NCBI GenBank assembly: GCA_038206515.1 | Contig: JBBRAT010000001.1 | Location: 40,089 to 104,088, forward strand | Reading direction: 5' to 3' | Source: Anaerolineales bacterium | GTDB taxonomy: Bacteria > Chloroflexota > Anaerolineae > Anaerolineales > Anaerolineaceae | Length of the DNA: 64,000 nt | Shown here: one piece after another, positions 36,597 through 44,168 of the stretch | Position numbering within the stretch: the first letter of the stretch is position 1 | Layout of the letters: every line of letters begins with the position of its first letter | Translations under genes and position numbers: made by a program | The notes under the pieces: model-generated | Databases searched by the model: none | Seen by the model: the letters and a program-made list of their open reading frames with translations, nothing else | What the model was told of the DNA's origin: nothing

Positions 36597-39500
36597 GTGG
36601 AGAGGCGAGGCGAAAAATTGGCGAACTTTCAGATTCCCATGCCCTATATCTATATCTCGCCGCGTGTATTGATCCGCGAAGAGGTAGATTTTGATAACGA
36701 TCAAGGCATCCATTATCAAGAGGCAGGTGGGGAGCATGCCATTTGGGCAGCCCGTATCCCATTTTTGCCTGCAATGGTATCTGAGGATTTTACGCGCCTG
36801 GGCGTAAGGCGCATTGGGTTAATCCAGCAGCGACAATTTCGTTTTATTAATGATTTGGCGCGCGCGCGTGAAAGCCGCGCCACTTTTGAATTGCGCTTTA
36901 TCTCAACGCCGAATTCTACCCCCGGACAGCCGAACCTGATTGACGTTGTGTTTCTTGGAAAAGTCTTTAGCAAACGACAGGGTGGCGCGTTACAGCCTGC
37001 AAAAAATTTGTGGGAAAAATTTGTTAGCAATTTCCCTCTTGAAGACCCGTTTGGGTATCCGCTAGAGCCAGTAGAGAACGAAACAGATTTTAGACGTTAC
37101 TACGAACCCATCTCTTTCGAGGGTCTTCATTTAGACAATATGCTTGAAATCCGCAAATTTGAAGAAATGCCGATCCCCTCGATGGCGCCGTTGGGTCGCG
37201 TGGAGCGCAAAGGCGATTATATTGCCCATCCCTTTGTCCCAAGCGAAGACTTTAACCCAATGGGGCGTTTCTTTGTAGCCTTGGCGAGTCAACCGCAAAA
37301 ATGTTATGCGGGGATTTCTATTCGCCCAATCAGAATGTACAATCAAGAAATCCACAATATTAGCTTTATGATCGGGCAGTTTAAAAAGACCGCAACGGAA
37401 GATGACGATGTTACCGAAGAATACATCCGCACGCGCTCGAAGATTGGCATCTATGTATATCGAAAGATCATGCAATCTCGTGAACAGTTGATGACCGTCC
37501 GTGTTCACTTGATTGGAAAAGAGAAAGCGCCACGCGGTTTGGCTGAGGCGTTAGGTTCTGAAATGATGGGCAATGCTGAAAATACCTACCCCACCATGTG
37601 GTCTGCGGCGCAGCCGGTTGATGAACAAGAATTGGCGGCTGCGTTGAATAATCTCCGCTATCTGGAGCAGGATATTTGGGGACACAGCATTGCCCCCCAG
37701 GTACATACTCGGCTGCGCTATCTGGCAACGGCTGAAGAGGCTTACGGCGCTTTTCGATTGCCTGTACCGCCTGAGTCCGGTTTTATGCCGGGAATTTTGG
37801 TTAAGAATGAGCCTTTTGTAGCGCCTGCCGATGAATTAGAGCTGCGTGACCATGCGCGCGCCAATCAGAATGATGAAATGCTTGAGTCGCGTCAATTCGC
37901 TGCCCAGAAAAAGATTGACCTGGGGTACGTTTATCATCGCGGCAAAATTACTCCGGGGCGTTTTACCCTGAATGTCTCTGATCTGACTCGCCATGCGCTG
38001 ATTGCTGGCTCAACTGGGTCAGGCAAGAGTACCACTCTGAAACATATCCTTTCGCAGCTTTGGATTCGTCACCACGTGCCTTTTTTGGTGCTTTACCCAC
38101 TCAATAAAACAGATTACCGCGATCTGTTGGGTTTTGATCAGCTTAAGGATGATCTTTTAATTTTTACTCTTGGAGATGAAAACGTCTCACCTTTTCGCTT
38201 CAATCCCTTTGAAGTTCCTGATGGAGTATTGTTAAAGACGCATTTATCGCGCTTGATGGGTGTGTTTACGACCAGTTTTCATTTAGCAGACCCATTGCCA
38301 ATGGTTTATCGCACTGCCCTTCGCAAGGTCTATCAAGATAAGGGATGGGATACCGTCACCGGCAAAGGTGATCCGAACCGGGAAGCGCCGGTGATGTCAG
38401 AGTTTTTAACGGCGATCCGAACTGTGACCGAGTCTCTCAAATATGGGCGCGAAGTAGGCGATAATGTGCGCCAGGCTTCGGTTATCCGCATCGAAGATCT
38501 GCTCGAAAACACGCGCCACATCCTGAATGTCCGCAGTTCCATGGATATCCGCGTGGTATTGGAAAGACCTACGGTGATGGAATTGGGTCGAATTGGCTCT
38601 ACAGACGATATTACATTGCTGATGGGGTTTTTACTGATGCGATTTGCGGAAGAAGTGGAACGCCACCCTCGCCCGGCTGATTTACCCCATATTACGGTGG
38701 TCGAAGAAGCACATCGCTTAATGGCTGAAAGCTCACCGGTGAACAATGATGCAGGGAATCCACGTGGTTCAGCTGGGGATGATTTTGCCAATATTTTAGC
38801 CGAGGTGCGTGGATATGGCGAAGGAATTTTAATTGCCGAACAAATTCCTACCCTCTTGGTTAAGGGCGCTATTGGTAACACCTACATAAAAATTATGCAC
38901 TGGCTCGAAGATGCGCCCAGCTATAACTTATTTTGTAACATCACAAATTTGAATGAGGTCCAGCGGAATTATGCGCGCACCCTGACCCCCGGCTTTGCGG
39001 TCGTGCGCAGCCCATTTGGTCGCCCAGTACACGTAAAAGTCCCTGAGTTTGGGGATCAACCTGGATATTCCAAACCGGATCAGACTGACTTACAGGATGA
39101 CGCGATTGCAAATTGGATGCAAATGCGGCGATCCAACATGTCGTTAAACGATGTGCCGGTATTACAATCGCAGGCAACCGCCGAGATGAGTACGGTTCAA
39201 ACTGCCCCAGCCATACCCGTTGGACCATGGGCAGTAAATTCAGCGGCTCAAACCTTCATGAATCGCCTTCCTATGCAAACTTGTTTGTTTTGCGTACCTT
39301 TTAATAAAAAACCAGGAGATTGCCCATACGGGATACGAGTAAGAAACCGACTGATCCACGGAACAGAACCAAGTTTTCATCGTGCAGCCAGCGAATCGCT
39401 GGAATTGGCGTTGCGTTCAGCCGATCATCAATCGGTTTGGGTTCAGATAAGTGACTTACGAAGCGAAGTACAAAACCGCATGGTTGGGCTAACCCCGGAA

Positions 39501-39644
39501 CAAATCAATGGCGTGTTGTATTGCTATCTTGCGCATTGGTCGGACGTTTTTGTGCATGATTTGGCAGAGCAGAAGGATGGTACTGCTCTGCGTACCCGTG
39601 TACGCCATATCCTGGCAGAGTTTCTTTCTCATATAGGGTCGTGA
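36597..39644 (+). CDS. HerA/FtsK-superfamily (DUF87/AAA_10-like) P-loop ATPase, 1015 aa, with a C-terminal Cys-cluster domain. GTG start 2 nt after the upstream stop.
   Basis: Walker A IAGSTGSGKSTT. Walker B-like ITVVEEAHRL. HerA/VirB4-like sensor motifs. C-terminal CLFCVPFNKKPGDCPYG. Confidence 0.75.
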   Translation: MERRGEKLANFQIPMPYIYISPRVLIREEVDFDNDQGIHYQEAGGEHAIWAARIPFLPAMVSEDFTRLGVRRIGLIQQRQFRFINDLARARESRATFELRFISTPNSTPGQPNLIDVVFLGKVFSKRQGGALQPAKNLWEKFVSNFPLEDPFGYPLEPVENETDFRRYYEPISFEGLHLDNMLEIRKFEEMPIPSMAPLGRVERKGDYIAHPFVPSEDFNPMGRFFVALASQPQKCYAGISIRPIRMYNQEIHNISFMIGQFKKTATEDDDVTEEYIRTRSKIGIYVYRKIMQSREQLMTVRVHLIGKEKAPRGLAEALGSEMMGNAENTYPTMWSAAQPVDEQELAAALNNLRYLEQDIWGHSIAPQVHTRLRYLATAEEAYGAFRLPVPPESGFMPGILVKNEPFVAPADELELRDHARANQNDEMLESRQFAAQKKIDLGYVYHRGKITPGRFTLNVSDLTRHALIAGSTGSGKSTTLKHILSQLWIRHHVPFLVLYPLNKTDYRDLLGFDQLKDDLLIFTLGDENVSPFRFNPFEVPDGVLLKTHLSRLMGVFTTSFHLADPLPMVYRTALRKVYQDKGWDTVTGKGDPNREAPVMSEFLTAIRTVTESLKYGREVGDNVRQASVIRIEDLLENTRHILNVRSSMDIRVVLERPTVMELGRIGSTDDITLLMGFLLMRFAEEVERHPRPADLPHITVVEEAHRLMAESSPVNNDAGNPRGSAGDDFANILAEVRGYGEGILIAEQIPTLLVKGAIGNTYIKIMHWLEDAPSYNLFCNITNLNEVQRNYARTLTPGFAVVRSPFGRPVHVKVPEFGDQPGYSKPDQTDLQDDAIANWMQMRRSNMSLNDVPVLQSQATAEMSTVQTAPAIPVGPWAVNSAAQTFMNRLPMQTCLFCVPFNKKPGDCPYGIRVRNRLIHGTEPSFHRAASESLELALRSADHQSVWVQISDLRSEVQNRMVGLTPEQINGVLYCYLAHWSDVFVHDLAEQKDGTALRTRVRHILAEFLSHIGS

Positions 39645-39709
39645 GTCAATGGATATTGCCAAAGTAAAAACATATTGTTAGCGCAACTGACGCAAAAGAA
39701 GGAGTCATT

Positions 39710-40072
39710 ATGACAGAAGATATGAACGATCTCCCAGCAGAAGATTCATCTTCAGGTGCATTCGATTATGTAGAACAACCAGACCCCCTCGAAGCTGATT
39801 TTTATGAAACGCCAGATATTCCGGATGAGTCTGGATCAGCATCAGAAGTAACCCCATCTTTTTCTGTGGATCATCCTCAAGATTCCGATAATATTCCTCC
39901 AAAACCACAGGATACTCCAAGCGTTCTTACTCCCCAACCTGAGGATGTGACATATCACCCGCGCACTGGTGGACCAGAAGCTTTGCCGGATGAAGAGGGA
40001 GAGCCACTGGTAGAACCCCATAGCCCTGAAGCGCCTGCTCCATTCCGTGGTAATCCGGAACATGGCGGCTAA
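39710..40072 (+). CDS. Highly acidic, Pro/Asp/Glu-rich, probably disordered protein.
   Basis: RBS AAGGAG. 120 aa with a very strong acidic bias. Lower GC than the window average. Confidence 0.5.
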   Translation: MTEDMNDLPAEDSSSGAFDYVEQPDPLEADFYETPDIPDESGSASEVTPSFSVDHPQDSDNIPPKPQDTPSVLTPQPEDVTYHPRTGGPEALPDEEGEPLVEPHSPEAPAPFRGNPEHGG

Positions 40073-40080
40073 AAGGCGAT

Positions 40081-40659
40081 ATGGATAACCAATTAGAAAC
40101 CCAAGATACGGATGAGGTTGTAGAAACCCCATCAGATTCATCGAATGATTTACAGTCTGAAACACAACTTCAGGAGCAAGAAGGCGTGGCGCGCTTGCGC
40201 GACATGCCTGCGCTTACCCCCGAAGGGTGGGCGCAGCTTGACATAGGTGGTCGGCTTGAGGCTCTCAACAACGTTGAAGCAACCATGGCTGAAATTCAAG
40301 GTCGCCCCAGTGTTCCGGTTGAAACCGCTCCGATGGGAGAAACGACCTTTGGCGGTTATGACGGCAGTCGTATCTTGCTTAATGAAGAGCATCTGAGAAG
40401 AAACGAGTTGCCTGTCCGTGAGTTTGTAGATACGATTGTACATGAAGGGCGGCACGCTTATCAGGATGCGGCGGTGAAGAACCCAGACCTGGCTGGGAAC
40501 GCGCCCGAAGTTCAGGCTTGGGCTGAGAATATGCAAAATTATTTATCTCTTGAACAGTATGGTCAAGAGATATATCAAAGTCAACCGGTTGAAGCAGATG
40601 CCTGGAACTATGCTGCCCAGATTACCAATGGATTGTACGGCTCTGCTGGAAAGGAATAA
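40081..40659 (+). CDS. Protein with an acidic N-terminus and an HExxH motif (IVHEGRHAYQD). Putative minimal zincin-like metallopeptidase domain.
   Basis: HExxH with downstream Glu and Asp residues. No family assignment was possible by eye. Confidence 0.45.
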   Translation: MDNQLETQDTDEVVETPSDSSNDLQSETQLQEQEGVARLRDMPALTPEGWAQLDIGGRLEALNNVEATMAEIQGRPSVPVETAPMGETTFGGYDGSRILLNEEHLRRNELPVREFVDTIVHEGRHAYQDAAVKNPDLAGNAPEVQAWAENMQNYLSLEQYGQEIYQSQPVEADAWNYAAQITNGLYGSAGKE

Positions 40660-40663
40660 GCAA

Positions 40664-40966
40664 TTGACTGACAGATTTGATCCTATTGACCGCCGCCTCA
40701 TGGAAGAATTGAGTTATCCACCTGCTGGGGCAACCTTGATTATTGCTAAACTACGCGGCGCCGCGCCCCTCATTCAAGAGGCGTTCTGGCAGTGGTGGGA
40801 AGATGGGATTCTGCCCGACTTGACTGTTGCTGGCATAACCTTCCAAACTTTGGTTACGGATCATGGCATGAATCCGATAGCCGCCCTGTTGACGATTGAC
40901 TGGCTAATACGTGATCCAAACGCAGCCTTGCGTTCATTGAAGAAGGGTCACGACATTCACAAGTAA
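40664..40966 (+). CDS. Hypothetical protein (TTG start after RBS GGAAAGGA; alternative ATG at 40700).
   Basis: An ORF continuing the operon. No recognisable domain. Confidence 0.35.
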   Translation: MTDRFDPIDRRLMEELSYPPAGATLIIAKLRGAAPLIQEAFWQWWEDGILPDLTVAGITFQTLVTDHGMNPIAALLTIDWLIRDPNAALRSLKKGHDIHK

Positions 40967-40992
40967 TGAATGATTCGCCTGAGTAATTACGT

Positions 40993-41367
40993 ATGGAAAC
41001 GGATTCCTGGCAGATGGGGTTTATTGACGAACCGATAGAGGTGCACTTCTACCGCCCTCCCATGCTATCCAAAACGCCACCTTGCCCGGATGCATTCACC
41101 TGGCGGGAGGAGCTTTTTGCTGTTGCCGAAATGCTTGCTGAATGGGTGGATTTTCGGCGGCGCGGGCGCGCTGCGCGGAATATGCAACCTGGGCATTTGG
41201 CTTCGGCGGCGCGGCGTGGGTCTTGGGGAGTGGGGCGGTTTTATTTCCGCGTGCGCACGGAAGGGGGGCGCGTGTTTGAGTTGTATTTTGATCGCACCCC
41301 TGGCAATGCAGATGACCGCGCCGGTCATTGGGTATTGTTTGGTGAGCGTAAGCAAATTATTTCATAA
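40993..41367 (+). CDS. Hypothetical Arg-rich protein.
   Basis: 124-aa ORF, no recognisable domain. Followed by an AT-rich intergenic region. Confidence 0.4.
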   Translation: METDSWQMGFIDEPIEVHFYRPPMLSKTPPCPDAFTWREELFAVAEMLAEWVDFRRRGRAARNMQPGHLASAARRGSWGVGRFYFRVRTEGGRVFELYFDRTPGNADDRAGHWVLFGERKQIIS

Positions 41368-41533
41368 TAATTTATTTACGTATTATTAATTCTTAAATTA
41401 ACTCGTTTTTTACTCACAAATATTTTATTTGCGTTATCCTTTGGGTACATTCTTTACGATAGATCAGCCTCGATTGTGGAGGAAATTGACAATCCACATT
41501 CGACCTAATGAAAACTCAAAGGAGAGAGTAGCT

Positions 41534-41923
41534 ATGCATCACATTACGCCAAATGCTGCAAAAAACCGCCTATATTTGATTTTCGATGGAAAAATAGATG
41601 CCGCTGAAGCCAAGGCGATCAAAGATGAGGTTTCACGCGCTTTAAAGAGTTTAAAGTCAGGATTTTGCGTTGTGACCGATTTGACCAAACTAAGTCCGCT
41701 TGCCGAAGATGCGCGCACCATCATCCAGGATTCGATGACTGAATGCCATAAAAAGGGCATGAAGCTGGTGATCCGCCTGGTGGGGGATGCGGTCGTGACG
41801 GGCAATCAGTTCCAACGCACGTCACGCGCTGCTGGCTATACCGCCTCGGAGGCGCTGAGTGTTGCAGAAGCGGATAAGGCGATTACGTATCACTTGATGG
41901 GGTATTCAAAGGTTGCCGCCTAA
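41534..41923 (+). CDS. STAS-like (anti-sigma-factor-antagonist-like) small protein.
   Basis: RBS GGAGAGAG. Pattern LYLIFDGKIDAAEAKAI...GFCVVTDLTKLSPL resembles the STAS/SpoIIAA fold. Low certainty. Confidence 0.45.
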   Translation: MHHITPNAAKNRLYLIFDGKIDAAEAKAIKDEVSRALKSLKSGFCVVTDLTKLSPLAEDARTIIQDSMTECHKKGMKLVIRLVGDAVVTGNQFQRTSRAAGYTASEALSVAEADKAITYHLMGYSKVAA

Positions 41924-42108
41924 CGCTGCTCCCAGAGCAGAGTAGGTTTATAGGTGTTTTATTCGTAGAAGAATGCGTTTTAGTGGTAATGGAACCGGGC
42001 AAGCAATTGTCCGGTTTTTGATTCTTTCGGGCAAACTCAAAGAAACTTGAAAATTTAACACGCAATCTCAATATTCCACATAGATTATAAATATATTCAA
42101 TTTGCCTA

Positions 42109-42136
42109 TTGACAAAATTAAATATTGAGCTATGAT
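42109..42136 (+). promoter_or_regulatory. Near-consensus sigma70 promoter TTGACA-16-TATGAT with an approximately 190-nt leader before the 42329 ORF.
   Basis: Hexamers read from the sequence, in an AT-rich region. Confidence 0.45.
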
Positions 42137-42328
42137 TAGTTTAGAAAAGAGAAGAGAGCGCGAGAAATCTAAAGAGCGATCTTTTCTCACCCAATTCATC
42201 CACCCTTTTCAGCGCACCCCAGAGGTTTAGCGGGCGGTTTGTATCATTTGCTTGGCGTTGCCAGGCAGTGCAGCTTTGCTATGCCGAAATGACTGAAAGC
42301 GGAGTTTACCCAAAAGGAGAAAACAGCG

Positions 42329-42769
42329 ATGGCATCCCAAGAAGAACGAATGCGTATTTTGAACATGTTGCAGGAAGGCACGGTCAGCCCGGAGCAGGCG
42401 GCGCAACTATTGCAAGCGATTGATGACACGCCCAGTGCGAAGCGTGGCGCGGCGCGTGAAGTACCTCCCACACCGGCTCCGGCGGCAACCCCAAGCATCA
42501 ACTTCCCCCCGGCTGGTGAACCTGGTCAGCCGCCGCGCTGGCTGCGGGTACGTGTTTCATCTATGGAAACTGGTCGCCCCAAGGTGAATATCCGCCTGCC
42601 CATCAGCCTGGTAGGAGTAGGGTTGAAGATGGGCAAGCACTTTGCCCCCGAAATGGAAGGGATTGATGTGAATGAATTGCTCGAAGCGATTCAATCCGGC
42701 GAATCCGGCACGTTTGTTGACGTGACCGATGAAAATGACGGCGAACACGTTGAAATCTTCTTGGAGTGA
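42329..42769 (+). CDS. Small protein with an N-terminal SHOCT-like motif (RMRILNMLQEGTVSPEQAAQLLQAI) and an acidic C-terminus.
   Basis: RBS AAGGAG. The motif is typical of short SHOCT/DUF-type N-termini in Firmicutes and Chloroflexi. Function unknown. Confidence 0.5.
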   Translation: MASQEERMRILNMLQEGTVSPEQAAQLLQAIDDTPSAKRGAAREVPPTPAPAATPSINFPPAGEPGQPPRWLRVRVSSMETGRPKVNIRLPISLVGVGLKMGKHFAPEMEGIDVNELLEAIQSGESGTFVDVTDENDGEHVEIFLE

Positions 42770-42860
42770 TGAGGGCGTGATTGTTCTGTAAAAATCAAAA
42801 AGAGGCTCCAGTTTGGGAACCTCTTTTTGATCTACCAATAAACGATGAATACGGATGAGC

Positions 42861-44036
42861 TTACTTCAGAACCGGGGCGCCGCTGCAGGTGACTTTCGCC
42901 ATCTGGTCGAGAACCATCTTTTGAACAGCGGTGGGCAGGACAGCGTAACCAAGACCAGCGGCGGCTTTCGCGGCGGCGGCATCAGTCAATGTCCAGCGCA
43001 TGTATTCGAGGATTTTCTGCGCCTTGACACAATCGGTCATCGAGGTGCTGTGCAGGACGATGTAGGTGTAACCAGCGATGGGCCAGCTCTTCTCACCGGG
43101 GGCGTCCACAATGGTGTTGGTCAGTTTGGGCGTGAACTTGTCGGCGAAATCAGCCATGGTAGCGTTGATGCTATCAGAATTTGCCACAACGGTCTTGCCA
43201 GCTTTGTTGACCAGGGAGGCATAGGCAATTTTGTTCGAGAGGGCGTAAGAAAGTTCAACGTAGCCGATGGAGTTGGGGGTGTTGGTGACGGAAGCGGCGA
43301 CACCAGGGTTGCCTTTGCCACCAATGCCGTTACCGGCTTTGTCAACGGGCCATTCCACAGCAGAAGCGCCGCCCGCTTTCCAGTCAGCGCTGAAGGAAGT
43401 CAACGCTTTGGTGAACAGTTCGGTCGTGCCAGAGCCATCTGAGCGATGGACAGCGGTGATCTTGGCAGCGGGCAGCAGGTCTTTCAGGTCAGGATTGAGG
43501 GCGACAATCGCGGCATCGTTCCACATTTTGATGGTGCCATTGTAGATGCCAACCAGGGTTTTGCCATCCAGAACGAGGACGACGTTATTCTTGTTTTCAG
43601 CTTTCCAGGTGATGTTGTAAATCGGCACAACGGCGCCCGCTAAAGCGGGGAACATCTGGAGATCTTTGCCTTGGGTATATTCGGCATCGGTCACGAGCGA
43701 ATCGGAACCGGCGAAATCAACGGTGCCATCAATGATGGATTTCTTGCCGCCGCCAGAGCCAGTCCCCTGGTAGTTGATGCTGACGGAAGGGTCAACATAT
43801 TGATAAGCGTAGGTCCATTCGGTGTAAACCGGCAGGGGGAAGGTTGCGCCCGCGCCATTAATCTGGACAGAGCCAGCCGGAAGGTCGGTTGCCTTGGCAG
43901 ACGCAGTGGCATCCGCAGCAGGTGCGGTGGTGGGGGCAGTGGTTGCGGTTGCGCAGGCGCTCAACAGCATCGCAACAGCTGTCAGGGCAGAAAGAACTAC
44001 AAGTAACTTGGAACGCATAATCTTTTTTCTCCTCAT
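42861..44036 (-). CDS. pstS: Phosphate ABC transporter substrate-binding lipoprotein PstS (orphan; no pstCAB genes adjacent).
   Basis: Lipobox LLSAC. GATFPLPVY...YQGTGSGGG PstS signature. Confidence 0.9.
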   Translation of the reverse strand: MRRKKIMRSKLLVVLSALTAVAMLLSACATATTAPTTAPAADATASAKATDLPAGSVQINGAGATFPLPVYTEWTYAYQYVDPSVSINYQGTGSGGGKKSIIDGTVDFAGSDSLVTDAEYTQGKDLQMFPALAGAVVPIYNITWKAENKNNVVLVLDGKTLVGIYNGTIKMWNDAAIVALNPDLKDLLPAAKITAVHRSDGSGTTELFTKALTSFSADWKAGGASAVEWPVDKAGNGIGGKGNPGVAASVTNTPNSIGYVELSYALSNKIAYASLVNKAGKTVVANSDSINATMADFADKFTPKLTNTIVDAPGEKSWPIAGYTYIVLHSTSMTDCVKAQKILEYMRWTLTDAAAAKAAAGLGYAVLPTAVQKMVLDQMAKVTCSGAPVLK

Positions 44037-44168
44037 AAATGTTTATTTCTAGTTCATAATAGCATCTCAACTTTAAGAGACGATAGACAGCGCCTTAATA
44101 ACCCTTTAATAAAGGGTAAAGGAAAGGTTATCAAAAAATTATTCCCAATTGATTAGTATAATTAACCT

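Noticed and set aside
42855-43442. 195-aa plus ORF overlapping pstS
   Set aside because: Antisense to pstS. Gly-rich shadow.
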